Shown: piece after piece, positions 13,732-26,494 of the stretch
Layout: each line of letters starts with the position of its first letter
How positions within the stretch are numbered: the first letter of the stretch is position 1
Translations under genes and position numbers: made by a program
Source: Octopus vulgaris
Lineage: Eukaryota
Assembly (NCBI GenBank): GCA_951406725.2
Contig: OX597816.1
Coordinates: forward strand, 2,046,001-2,110,000
Direction: 5' to 3'
Length of the DNA: 64,000 nt
Notes under the pieces: generated by a model
Database searches by the model: none
Told to the model about the DNA's origin: nothing
Seen by the model: only the letters and a program-made list of their open reading frames with translations

Positions 13732-14723
13732 ACCTCAGATGGAACTAGGTGCGTTTTATCATGCTATCAGCACCACCTTATCGGCAATGTTTTTTCTGGA
13801 ATTCAGGTGTTTGTGCAGCGTTGTTGTAGATGGCAAATGTACCAATATGTGTTGTACTAGATTTTCTGTAAATAGTGACATCAGATTTGGTGCTTGTTCT
13901 TCAAAGCCAACATATAATTTGCAAAGTGAAATTCTAAATGTGATTGGCTTATTTTCTTGTTCTTCTTGCCCAGGATTTCATACTAATAAAGTTTCTATTT
14001 AAGCCGGATTCCATTCTGATTTGTGCTATCACCTGATCCTTTTGGTAGAAATGGTGTGGGATCATGGGAAATTTATTAAAAGCAAGAATAAAAGAATATA
14101 AAGTTATGCATTTAGGCTCACGCATACATACGCATGCATGCACGCACATACACACATGCACATCATTCTATGGCTGAATATTCTATAACCAGGAATTGAA
14201 GATGAAAAGGTCTCAGGTAAAATTAATCAAATTCAGAAAATAAGAGATATTGTAAAATGAATTATATTAAAAAATAGGACTTTTGTTTTACTTCAAGATT
14301 TTCAATTAAAAAAAAAAGTATAAACATATGCACACAGACTTATACATGAAAATATAGGCATATACTTGAAAGTATAAATATACACATACATGCTTGGATA
14401 TATATATACATGCACGCACTGAAGTACAATCATGCATGCACACGGATTTTCCAAGAGTCACTCCTTTCCATACCAGTTAGGTAGGAGTGGTATCTTTTCT
14501 AACTGGCTGTTCAGATAGCTGGTGTTTACAACACTGTAGAATATACATGCACACATATGCATGGATACACACATACACACACAAGAGAGAGAGAGAGAGA
14601 GACAGAGAGAGAGAGAGAGGGAGAGAGAGAGAGAGATATGAAGCTACTTAAAAACAAATTGATAAAAACAACAAGGTTCAATCCATTGAACTGATGAGTA
14701 CCGTTTAGCAGGTAGGATTTCAT

Positions 14724-14865
14724 TTGACTATACTCTCTGTAGATGCATGAGTGAGTGGCCACATAGTTTTGTTTACAGCTGAAAATAAAGTTTCTGCCAA
14801 TTAGCAAACTGTAAATTCAAAACTATGTGGCTGCTCACTTTTGCATCTTCTAGGCGTATAGTCAA
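14724..14865. repeat. Imperfect inverted repeat (arms about 55 bp)
   Basis: TTGACTATAC...AGATGCA...GCCACATAGTTTTG..TTTACAG pairs with CTGTAAA..CAAAACTATGTGGC...TGCATCT...GTATAGTCAA. Confidence 0.8.
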
Positions 14866-15197
14866 CCAAAATTGTACATTTAAACCAGCTGTGTCTGGCT
14901 CAATGCAAACTGACTAGATTCAGCCTCTCACACCTATGCTGCAATGTCATTCTAAAAATAAGCAACTATGTCACTGAAATCTCAAAGTTATAAGATAGTC
15001 CAGGATTAATTCAAAACAATATGAATCAATAAGTCTTGCCTTTGACAAAGTAATCTGAATGTTAAAGGGCTAAAGTGGACTTGTAGGTTCAAAGGTTGAT
15101 AATTCCAAGAATTTGTTTCTTTTATTTTATCTGTAGTCAAGAGGATTCAGATAGACCTTGGACAATGGAGAATTCCTCAGAGAAGAAACAAGAGTTT

Positions 15198-15540
15198 CAT
15201 CATCATCATCATCATCATCATCGTTTAGCGTCCGTTTTCCATGCTAGCATGGGTTGGACGGGTCAACTGGGGTCTGTGAAGCTGGAAGGCTTCGTCAGGT
15301 CCAGTCAGATCTGGCAGTGTTTCTACGGCTGGATGCCCTTCCTAACGCCAACCACTCCGCGAGTGTAGTGGGTGTTTTTTACGTGCCACCTGCACAGGTG
15401 CCAGACAGAGCTGGCGAACGGCCACGAACGGATGGTGCTTTTACGTGTCACCGGCACGGGGCCAGGCGATGCTGGCAACAGACACGAACGGATGGTGCTT
15501 TTACGTGCCACCGACACGGGGCCAGACAGAGCTGGCAACC
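15198..15540 (-). mobile_element. RTE-type 3' end repeat (family B) with ~60-bp internal tandem units
   Basis: (CAT)n tail, CCATGCTAGCATGG palindrome, repeated TTTTACGTGCCACC units. Nearly identical to 60808-61082. Confidence 0.85.
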
Positions 15541-15882
15541 GGCCAATCTGTATTAATTCGGAATTTTCTTGTCTGCTAGTGTTGTCATTTTATGCTGAGC
15601 CACTAAAATACACGCCAATGTCAACCTATCCACACAAAGTCGAAAAGACAAAAATTAAAATAAATGAAATATTTTTACTGTTCTTTTTCTCCCTGAAACT
15701 AAACTGGCAATTAGCTGACTTAAAATGGTATAACATTATCTTCTGTTTAGAAGGAAACTGATAGTTTATTCTTTATGAAATGTATGCCTGGAGAACAAGG
15801 TTCAACATAATTACTATGTAAAAAAAAAAAAAAAAAAAAAATGACTTCCAAAATTTCAATCACACTAACTTCTCTATTTTAG

Positions 15883-15902
15883 ATGACCTGAAAAGGAAAC
15901 GG
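15883..15902 (+). CDS. Candidate 20-nt microexon (phase 1 to 0: xDLKRKR)
   Basis: Consensus branch point CACTAAC directly followed by TTCTCTATTTTAG. Purine-rich exon, donor CGG|GTGTGT. Confidence 0.5.
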
Positions 15903-15976
15903 GTGTGTTCCTGCTCTCATATTTTATAACTGAGCCCCAAAATTTGATTCCTGATAAACACTACTGGTGTTTTACA

Positions 15977-16064
15977 TGTATGTATGTATGTATGTATGTA
16001 TGTATGTATGTATGTATGTATGTATGTATGTATGTATGTATGTATGTATGTATGTATGTATGTA

Positions 16065-16149
<85 letters not shown>
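15977..16149. repeat. Compound microsatellite (TGTA)n(TG)n
   Basis: Read directly. Many other CA, TA and CT tracts occur across the window. Confidence 0.95.
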
Positions 16150-16154
<5 letters not shown>

Positions 16155-16346
16155 AAGCAGAAAATGGAGAAAATTCTTGATAAGTTTGATTTTTGCTAAA
16201 CTCTTGTTTATGTTGTTATTGTCTGTATCCTATGAGCATATTAGCTTGCATATCCATGCCCACGGTTAACATAGGTAATTTATACTGGTAGTAAAAATGG
16301 ATATTCTTATCCCTTAGACAGTCATTCCAACCGCTAATTCTACTAG

Positions 16347-16393
<47 letters not shown>

Positions 16394-16400
16394 ATATATA

Positions 16401-16638
16401 GCACATAAAAAACACCATTTGAGTGTGGCCATTGCCAGTACCACCTGACTGGCCCTTGTGCCAGTGGCACCTAAAAGCACCTACTACACTGAGTGGTTGG
16501 CATTAGGAAGGGCATCAAGCTGTAGAAACTCTTCCAGATCAGATTGGAGCCTGGTGCAGCCATCTGGTTCGCGAGTCCTCAGTCAAATTGTCCAACCTAT
16601 GCCAGCATGGAAAGTGGACGTTAACGATGATAATGATA
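16401..16638 (+). mobile_element. RTE-type 3' end repeat (family B)
   Basis: GAGTGGTTGGCATTAGGAAGGGCATC...CAGCATGGAAAGTGGACGTTAACGATGAT. Confidence 0.8.
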
Positions 16639-16819
16639 ATATATATATATATAATTATATTCACACACACACACACACACACACACACCGAAACACACAT
16701 GAGGAACAAATGAACTTATTGAATACAGTACTCAAAATTCAACCACACTATTACATTTTGTCTTATCTTTCTTTTTAACTAGTTTCCTCTTTTACTCGTG
16801 TGTGTGCATGCTGAAGTTG

Positions 16820-17081
16820 TTCCACCTGATTATCATCTTTTTAGAGTGTTTAGAGGGAAAGCAGTTTGTTAATTTTGAAGAGGTTAACAATGATATTGAG
16901 TGTTTCTTTGCTTTTAAACCTGAAAAGTTTTATGCTTGGGAGATCAACAATTTGCTAAATAGATGGGATTATGTTACCAACAATGAGGGGAAATATTATC
17001 ATGATTAGATATATCAAGATCAAAGAACATTTGTTTCTCTCCCATCTTCAAACACTTCATGACTTTCTTTCCAACATAATA
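16820..17081 (+). mobile_element. mariner transposase C-terminal remnant with right TIR
   Basis: LEGKQFVNFEEVNNDIECFFAFKPEKFYAWEINNLLNRWDYVTNNEGKYYHD is a typical mariner C-terminus. TIR-like CATGACTTTCTTTCCAACATAATA follows. Confidence 0.8.
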
Positions 17082-17110
17082 TCTACACAGACACATATAT
17101 TCATGCGCAT

Positions 17111-17160
<50 letters not shown>

Positions 17161-17167
<7 letters not shown>

Positions 17168-17340
17168 CTATGGCATAAAAAGTGTTTTAAAAAAATGCGT
17201 AGTTTTATTGGAAGCTGAAAACTTTATTAACCATTCCACCAAAATTTCATGTTTCTCTTTGACAGCTGGAGGTCTGAAATGGATTCTCAGCTTCCACCAA
17301 ATCTACATATTCACACTCAGACATGCACCCTCCCGCTCAT

Positions 17341-17371
<31 letters not shown>

Positions 17372-17570
17372 CTATGGCATAAAAAGTGTTTTAAAAAAAT
17401 GCGTAGTTTTATTGGAAGCTGAAAACTTTATTAACCATTCCACCAAAATTTCATGTTTCTCTTTGACAGCTGGAGGTCTGAAATGGATTCTCAGCTTCCA
17501 CCAAATCTACATATTCACACTCAGACATGCACCCTCCCGCTCATACACACACACACACACACACACACAC
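17161..17570. repeat. Exact tandem duplication, period 204 bp, bounded by (CA)n
   Basis: AAACACTATGGC...CCCGCTCAT occurs at 17163 and 17367 with no visible differences. Confidence 0.9.
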
Positions 17571-17874
17571 ATGCACGTGTGCTTGTGTACATATATGTTT
17601 GTGCATCTGAAACTACTCCAAATGCTGTTGTTATCTTTTAAGTGGTCATCTCAGATTCTCTTGATAATTTATCACAGATTTCAATTATTTCCTCTTTTTC
17701 TCATCTGACTTATAACATTATTACACATACTCAAGTACCTAATACACTCACAGAGTACACATGCATGTAAAGATGTATCGTATTTGCTTATCTCTCTTGC
17801 TCTCTCTCTCTCTCTCTCTCAGGAGTCAGGTGCAGGCTTTGGCCTGGCCAGCTTTTGTGGTATTGTCTTACCCA

Positions 17875-17945
<71 letters not shown>

Positions 17946-18714
17946 TTTGTTGAATCTATACATTAACATCATACATGCACAATAATAAGCATATACAAAT
18001 ATATAAAAAATTACTTTTCCTTTTTACATATAAAGGCATCTTCACACACATTTTTATATGTGCTTGCAAGTACTTGGTGACCCTGTCAGTGCTGGTGCCA
18101 TTTAAAAGCACCCAGTCGACACTGTAAAGTGGTTGGTGTTTGGAAAGGCATCCAGCTGTAAAAACCTTGCCAAAGCTGACCTTGCCTGTGCTTGTGCCAC
18201 GGAAAAAGCACTAAGTCCACTCTGCTGAGTAGTTGGTGTTTGGAAGGGCATCCAGCTGTAAAAATCCTGCCAAAATAGTCACAGAAGTCAGGTGCAGGTT
18301 TTGGCCTGGCCAGCTTTTGTGGTACTGTCTTACCCATGCTAGCATGGAACATAGACGTTAAATGTTGATGATAATCCATTTAATATCAACGCACCAAAGA
18401 ACTGCTTCTGTTTCTATAATACAAGCTTCTTGTTTCAAACAAATTTAAATTAAAATCTCCCTTCAAAATTTCATATTTGTGTCCCAAATGAGCTTAATAA
18501 TGACAGTTATTTTTCCTAAATTCTTATTTTCAAAATTCAAGCAAAAACTCTGTTTTTTTAAAAAAAAAAAATATGGTAACAAAAGAATTAAATTGTGGTA
18601 CTGCTCCAGCAAAACTAAAATGATTGAGCAGAGAAATGAAAGAATAAATTTTTGCATTCATATTCACAGACGCAAAATAAATCACACATAAATGTAAATA
18701 TAAATATACACATA

Positions 18715-18874
18715 CGCAGGAGTGGCTGTGTGGTAAGTAGCTTGCTAACCAACCACATGGTTCCGGGTTCAGTCCCACTGCGTGGCATCTTGGGCAAGTG
18801 TTTTCTGCTATAGCCCCGGGCCGACCAAAGCCTTGTGAGTGGATTTGGTTGACAGAAACTGAAAGAAGCCTGTC

Positions 18875-18920
<46 letters not shown>

Positions 18921-19125
18921 TTGTGTGTCTGTGTTTGTCCCCCTAGCATTGCTTGACAACCGATGCTGGTGTGTTTATGTTCCCCGTTACTTAGCGGTTC
19001 AGCAAAAGAGAGACCGATAGAATAAGTACTGGGCTTACAAAGAATAAGTCCCGGGGTCGATTTGCTCGACTAAAGGTGGTGCTCCAGCATGGCCGCAGTC
19101 AGATGACTGAAACAAGTAAAAGAGT
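18715..19125 (+). mobile_element. Full-length tRNA-derived SINE, family A
   Basis: TGGCTGTGTGG (A box), GGTTCAGTCC (B-box-like), TTGGGCAAGT, internal (TA)n(TG)n, end TGACTGAAACAAGTAAAAGAGT. Confidence 0.9.
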
Positions 19126-19407
19126 ATACATTGATCCACATGTTTACATGTGCTTCATTCGATCTGTGTCTTTTCTCTCAATATTATCTGAACCATGGTG
19201 CTCTGTACCACATGATTCACTTGTTATGCATTCTGTGGCTCAACAAATTCTTATGCTTTGTCTAACATTTAATCCCCAGAATTGCCATCATCTAAGACTC
19301 CATCACTTTCCATGTTTACTTTCTAAAAAAAGAAACCCAACTTTTTTTGCCAAGTTTTAAGTTGAACACTTAACTTCACTAGTCTTGGATCTTCTGAGAA
19401 AGCTATG

Positions 19408-19718
19408 TTGTTTTGTTTGTTTCTTCTCGAGCCATGCCTGGCTCATAAGGGCCAGTTTCCCCAGTTTCATTGGCGTATAAGTTCCCCACCTGATCGGGAC
19501 GCTGGTCCGTCGCAGGTGAGTTGCAAGATGCAGGAGGAAAGAGTAAGAGAAAGTTGTGGTGAAAGAGTCAGTAGAAGTTCGCCATTACCTTCTGCCGGAG
19601 CCGCATGGAGCTTAGGTGTTTCGCTCATAAACATACATATCACCTGGTCTGAGATTCGAACCCACGATCCCTTGACCGCAAGTCCACTGCTCTAACTACT
19701 AGGCCATGTGCCTCCATA
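19408..19718 (-). mobile_element. tRNA-derived SINE with 11-bp TSD
   Basis: TSD AGAAAGCTATG at 19397-19407 and 19719-19729. - strand head TGGCCTAGTAGTTAG...GGTTCGAATCTC. Confidence 0.85.
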
Positions 19719-20559
19719 AGAAAGCTATGGGCAATTCACCAGCGAATTTAAAATAAACATCATTACATGCACATAATCCTTAGCTTCTACTTTTCTGTTC
19801 TTGCATGGGTTAAATAGAATATGTTGAAGCCAAGTTTCTATGGCTGGAGGCCTTCCTGTTGCCAGTCCCCACCAATTTTGAAGCAAGGTAATATTTCCCA
19901 TGGTTAGACATTATTTTTATGAAAGATTGGAAATGAATAACATTGCATATATAATGCTGTTGCTCATTCATGACTATTATATGATGTTGAGACAAGGGTA
20001 CGGACTTCTTTCAGTTTCCATCTACGAAATCTATCTACAAGGTTTTGGTCATCCTGGAACTACAACAGAAGACGTTTGGCTGCAAGTGCCATGCAGTGGG
20101 ACTGAAGCTGAGGCTACATGCTGGCTTCTTAACTACACAGCTATGCCTACACTTTGCTCATTGATTCATAATTCAATAAATAGCATTTCTGGATAGTTTG
20201 AAATGTAAGGTATGTTTTAGCTTCTCTGCAAAATGTGAGCAAAGTTGTTACTTCACATGGTTTTATCTCTCTGTGGACTGTGAAAAAAATGTGGGGTTGA
20301 TCTAGTCAGTTTCTAGTCTTAGATCTTTATAAGAGAAAGGGTGCTCCATGGAGAAATTAGTAAGCTTTTAGCCATGTATAATGTACAGAAATTAGGATTT
20401 TTAAACTGGTCAGTCTAGTTTGTGCAAGTACTGAGAATGTTTGTCCATTCATAGTGCAATAGTACATAGTGTTTTCAGATGATTTGCAATGAAAGGTATA
20501 GTTTTTTTTTTTGAAAGAAAGTTATACCTTGCATTTCTCAATTGTACATACCTGGTTCA

Positions 20560-21750
20560 CACAAGGCTAGAAGTGGTTAATCAGATACCTTGCAAGAAAC
20601 AAACAAACGCATGCACGCACACACACTGGATGGATCTTGTGGAAGAGGGCGACCCTGGAAAATGTGGAATGAAGTAGTGAAGGCTGATCTTATGGTGCTG
20701 AACCTTATAGAGAAGACAGGAAATGGAAATGATTGACAATTTACTGAGCTTGAGAAGACTTGTTCATCACAGAAAAAAATGATATCACAAAACCTCTCTT
20801 GGTTATACTTGTGTGTGTGGAGCTCTGTTCCTGACCTCTCTATGAAGCATTTCTCTGTATCTCATTCCCTAACATCAGTTACTTCTCTATCTCTGGTACC
20901 ACTTGGCTGTTGTAATCACCCCACCCTTCGAGCAGAATAGGCACATGTTATACCTCTTCCCTACCCATTACCTCCCCCAGGAACCAATACCATTTCTCGT
21001 TACCATCCCTGCCTGCATTATTTCCTCCAATCACTTCCTTTCTGTGCCCTCGGTCATTGCCCTCTTTTCTCTGCTATTTGCCATTCTTAACATATCTCTT
21101 CTCAATGCCTTTTCTTATCTCTCACACCCCCACCTTCATTCATCTCCCTGAACCACTCCTATATCTCTCACCATCATTTGCTACATTCACCTCCACCCCG
21201 TCTCACACCATCTCTCCCCACTATTATGTAACTTCTCCCTTCTGTCCCCCTCTGCAATCCACTACTTGCATCCTCTCTTGCACCCACCTTGTATCTTGAG
21301 ATGCTTTGGCATCCCACCACCACTTCAATCACTCCAGCCTTCTAGCTACTCCCACCCACAAGTGTGGCCTTGTATCTCTATTGCAAGACACCTGAACCTG
21401 TTCTTCCGTAATACACTAGTATCAACACCTGGCATAGAACCATTACCCCCGCTCTTCAACACTACCCCCCTCCACTTAGTTAAGGAGGCTTTTTTTTTGT
21501 TTTTTCTTTTCCTTTCCCCTCTTTCTCCTTCCTGTTCATTTCTTGACTTCCAAGTCTCTTAGCAACCTCTTTAGTGCAGGTTGCATGGAAAAGGTGCCCA
21601 GTACACTGTAAAGTGGTTGGCATTAGGAAGGATATCCAACGAGAAATCATACCAAAGCTGACGTTATAGCTTGATGTGGCCCTATGCTGGATCCTGTCGA
21701 AATTCCCAATTCATACCAGCATGGAAATTGATGTTGAATGATGATGTTGA
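20560..21750 (+). mobile_element. Decayed RTE LINE 3' portion (ORF end, pyrimidine-rich 3' UTR, family B tail)
   Basis: RGRPWKMWNEVVKADL motif at about 20644, C/T-rich UTR, tail GTGGTTGGCATTAGGAAGG...CAGCATGG...GATGATG. Confidence 0.65.
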
Positions 21751-21822
21751 AGACCCACATCATCATCATCATTTTTCATTACTCATGTTCCATGCTAACC
21801 TGGGTTAGATGGAACCTATGCA

Positions 21823-21892
<70 letters not shown>

Positions 21893-21896
21893 AATA

Positions 21897-22586
21897 TACC
21901 AGAGTAAGCACATAAATGTGAAACAAGGTGGGAAAAAATAGTACTTGAATACTGGAGGTAGAGTAATATGCTCTATTATTAAAGCTGCAAAAACATTACA
22001 AAAATATCACAAAAAAAAACTGTTCCTCAGAGTTTCTCATTCCCGTTCGTCAGGCAGTTGGGATCCAGAATGGAATAAGAATTTAAGTTATAGGTATAAT
22101 TTATATTATGATGTAATTCACATTGACTGATACGCATTTGAGTTTGATTCGTCATTTCAACTAACAGTTTTTCAAAAGTATTGGAACTGAGACAGTAAAT
22201 GTGAATAGAAAATATAAAATAAATTAAAATTAAAATAAAAAAGACATGAATATTGTGTTGTATAAAATCGAAAAAAAATCTTGAGTTAGAGAAATTTTTA
22301 GGTTAAAAAGAAATGATGCATATCCAGAGTAATTTTATTAATGGTAAATAAGTAATTAATTAATATAAACATAAAGACTGTTTTAAAAGATTAACCCATG
22401 GGTTTGGGAAACAACCAGTCAAGTTCAAATGTGTATCTGTCAATGTGAATTATATCGTAATATGAATTATATGTATAACCCAAATTCTTATTCCATTCTG
22501 GATCCTGACTGCCTGACGAATGGTAACGTGAAACTCGGAGTAGTACTTTCTTTGTGATATTTTTGTAATGCTTTTGCAGCTTTAAT
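21897..22586. mobile_element. Penelope-related non-autonomous element with inverted hammerhead-bearing repeats
   Basis: Inverted arms at about 21978-22092 and 22474-22586. The 5' 80 bp are homologous to 49452-49525. Both flanks are TA/CA repeats. Confidence 0.7.
22508..22547 (+). ncRNA. Minimal type I hammerhead ribozyme motif (degenerate mirror copy on - strand at about 22018-22060)
   Basis: CTGACGA (22513-22519), stem II ATG-GTAA-CGT, GAAA (22530-22533), near-palindromic stem III CTCGGAG, GTA triplet, short stem I. Confidence 0.6.
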
Positions 22587-24343
22587 GTATATATATGTAT
22601 ATATTATGTTCCACCCATGCTAGCATGGAAGGTAGATGTTAAATGATGATGATGATTGTATTTACACACACACACACACACAAATCCATATATGAAAGTA
22701 GCATTAAATTTATGATGGCTGTAAAACATTAGCAGAATGTGTGTTGTAATAAAAGTATTGATGTGAAATATATTTTTTCTTAACATAAGACAATAAGGAA
22801 AATAAAAATATGAAAATTTTTTATTTGCATTGAATTATTTTTGGTCAGATTTAGTAAGTAGTAATTTGGTGACTAGCGAGATTATTTTTTCCTTTTAACA
22901 TTGTACTCCAGCTTGTTCTTGAAATCTTAGCAAGGCCTTAAAACTATTTGGTTTATAGATTTAAATATCCTGGTTGGTTAAAAAGGAAAACAATTAGATA
23001 ATAATAAAACCCAAAGCATAAAAACAAATCCATTAGGATCTCTTAAGTGAAGTAAGTATTTCTCTTCACTAATGGACATAAAAACTATTGAAATTTTGGT
23101 TATCAGTCGCATAATAATGTTCTCCCAGAACATTATCAAAATAGAAAATAGCTTCTTGTAATTTACTATTATCAAAATGAGAATTAGCCAGACTTGGTAA
23201 GCTTTACTATCGCCAATGACCTTTGTCATATTTATCGTGCAGACAAGACAGCACCAGAATGGCTGATTGCCCCCCCACAAATACTCTCCACCATCATTCC
23301 TCAACAGTTGTTAATCCTCTACATTTACTACTCTATTTCTCTTGCATTCAGTTTGCATATTCTGGACCTCACCCAAAAGAACATCCAGTTTCTTGTTAGG
23401 CAAACCTTCTTTTATTAACACTATAAAATTACAAACAAGTAATTTTCTCTTTGCTTTCTTTTGTTACATTTGCAGCTGTTTCTACTCTTCTAAAGTTTCA
23501 TAATTCTCTGTTATCTACCCCCAATCCTACTGTATTAAATACTTTACATAATCCTACAACTTCGCTGCTCACATTTTGCTTATAAACATCAACTCAGAGT
23601 AGCTCAAAGAAAGCCCGAGCTCTTTCTATCAATATTACAGTTTCAGCGTAAGAAAAATACAAGTATTGTTCACCTCCCTTGTCCTATCTAATGCCACAAT
23701 TCCATCTGTTTATATTCTTTCATCATTGTTGTAAGGTTAACTTTTTCATGCTTACATTGGCCAGATGGAATTCATTGAAACAGAATTTCTATGGTTGGAT
23801 GCCCTTCCTGTCATCTGTTTCCAAGCAATGTAATATTTCCCTATAATGGACATTTTTGCACAGAAGGTTGGCAACAAACACTGCTTGCTTACAACTACTG
23901 TGCAATAAATATCAAAACTATGGGATGTGCACACATCTATGTCAGACTTCTTTCAGGTTCTGTTTGCCAAATCTGGTCGCAAGGTTTTGATCAAGCTGGG
24001 TCTATAGGAGAAGACATACCCAAGGTGCCATACAGTGAAACCACGTGGTTGGCAAGCAAACTTTTTCACCACACAGCTGTGCTTGAACCTATGGATATGA
24101 ACTGCCATGAGTTTGTACTGAAGATCTACACTGCATCATTATAGTATGTTAGTCAATTAGTCTATAGATGTCAGCTGTTTACTCATTTTTGTTTGTCTAA
24201 ATGTCAGTGTATAAAAAAAAAGACAAGAAGAGGAAATATTTTATATAATTCAATTAATTCAATTGCCTTTTCTACTTGTTTAGCTGAAAACTCTTCTTGT
24301 GTCACTTAAATTAACAATGTTGGAGCTCTACACATGATCATGT

Positions 24344-24386
<43 letters not shown>

Positions 24387-24555
24387 GTATCTATTTATTA
24401 TATATATTCATTACCTCCATTATTGCTAACACCATCATAATTGTAGGGAAGTATGTTTTACTTTGCTTTGATAGAATAATTGTAACAAAAACAAAATAAC
24501 TCTGGATTACTGTTTTATTTTCTGGTTTATATTTCAAGAAAGAATGTGTGTGTTT

Positions 24556-24621
<66 letters not shown>

Positions 24622-24625
24622 TCTC

Positions 24626-24689
<64 letters not shown>

Positions 24690-25749
24690 TTAGAATTACA
24701 ACTACATATTCTAGTTAGTGTTTAATTTTTTCCCTGTATTAATTAATACCAATCATCACATACAAAGTGGAGTAGCAGGATTTCATTGTTCTATTAATTT
24801 GTTTGTCCATCAAAGTTCAATGGTTCTCTTATATAACATTCCATTGAATATTCCATATTCAACAGAAATCAATCAGAAAAATTCTTGTACAACTTGGAAA
24901 CATTTCTGGATTTAAACTATTGACCATGGGGCTATTCTGAAATGAAATGGTTTAAAAGAAAATTATTGGACTTGTTTGTAACTCTCTAAAACGGTTAATA
25001 AATTAATCAATATTATCTGAGGAACTTGCATTGCATTTATCATTTGAAGATCAATCGATTGAAGAAATGTAGATGAAAAAAAAAAAAAAGCTTTCCTGGG
25101 AGGTTATTTGATCAAAGAATAATATTGAATTTTCATAGAGACTATGAAATGTTGGCACGTTCACAAAGCAAAGATGAGACTTGAACTGTGTGACAAGATG
25201 GAGAAACTAAAGAAAGGTTACTATGAAAAGTGTTTCATGTTATAGGAGTAATAATAGTGGCATGAGTAAAAAAACTAGTTTAGAACATGAATGATGTGGA
25301 ATGTAAAGAAATAATAGGTTTTTTATATGATTCTTGTTTTAATTAGATTATTTTAGACAATTTATTGTCGTTGCTGATTTAACGTTCCAGTTTTCCCACG
25401 CTTGAATGGTTAATTTCCTTGAAACAAATGTATTAGTTGTTGGATGACATTCCTAATAACAGGAGTGGTGGCATTGAAACTTTTTGCTATAATAATAATA
25501 ATAATAATAACCTACAAAATAATTCACTTTTGTCTATTAAAATCATATGTATAACGGTTTATGTAACCTAACACAATGTGAGGATTACATAGATCTGTAT
25601 GTATACATATAATTTAATTTGTAAGTTCTCCTTAGATTATTTAAAGTATCATAATAGAAAATAAAATGTTCTTTTCCCATGTTTTCTGCAAGCATCGGAT
25701 ATACCAAATTCATTTTACTTTTTTAATTTTACTACTTTTAATATGGCCT

Positions 25750-26494
25750 TTTCATTAACTTGTTGGCCAGTGATAATGGTGGAACAGAATTTGGTTCAAG
25801 TAGATGCTGAAATTCCCCGTCTTCAGTGCAACTTTCACAGTTTGTACGGCCCTTTCAGTAGCAGGGTTAAAAACCGGATTGTAAGCAGGTGTCTCAATTT
25901 TTTTTGCAACCCATTGACAACAACATATTCTTTAACACAACAAATTCAGGCCCTTTGTCCGATACTAAAGCTGTGGGCACACCAGAACAAGCAAAGACTT
26001 CAAGCAGCTTGCTTTTTCCTGCCTCAGTCGAGTGATTAGGACACAAGAATACTTTGATTCATGCAAACAATATTATATAACAAAATAAAAGAAAGTATTT
26101 TACAGCAAAATTGGAGATTGGTCTCGAATCTGGAACAGTGCATTCGTTAAAGAGAAGGATTTTCTAACATTAAAAAATGGCTTAAGGTATCATAAAATTC
26201 GTCCGTTTATTCCAGCACCTTATAGAGCTGCAGTATTAGCTAAAATACACGACACACACATGGGCATTCAACAAACAATTCAGAAGGCACGACTCTGTGT
26301 TTGGTGGCCTGGGCTAGCTTACTTGGTGGAGAAGTTTGTCTAATCTTGTGATAGTTACCAGAGAGTTAGGCCAAATTTAGTAAAGGCAAATGATTCATGG
26401 TCTATTTCTGGGCCCTGGGATCATGTGCATATGGATTTGGCATATGTTCCAAACATTGGTAACATACTTGTAATTGTATATTCCTATTCAAATG
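25750..26494 (+). pseudogene. Degenerate Ty3/Gypsy pol fragment (integrase zinc-binding domain and start of core)
   Basis: Manual translation gives KIHDTHMGIQQTIQKARLCVWWPGL ... SCDSYQRVRP ... PWDHVHMDLAYVPNIGNILVIV, with stops and frameshifts. Confidence 0.85.

Noticed and set aside
14685-14730. CTGATGA followed by a TACC/GGTA stem, hammerhead-like
   Set aside because: GAAA is replaced by GATT and stems I and III are not convincing.
15137-15195. Strong acceptor followed by open purine-rich sequence
   Set aside because: No acceptable donor before the repeat insertion.
15285-15302. CTGACGA plus a hairpin on the - strand of family B
   Set aside because: No GAAA or cleavage triplet in the right position.
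16971-17708. 245-aa ORF, the longest in the window
   Set aside because: Built from a mariner end, CA repeats and the 204-bp duplication; not protein-like.
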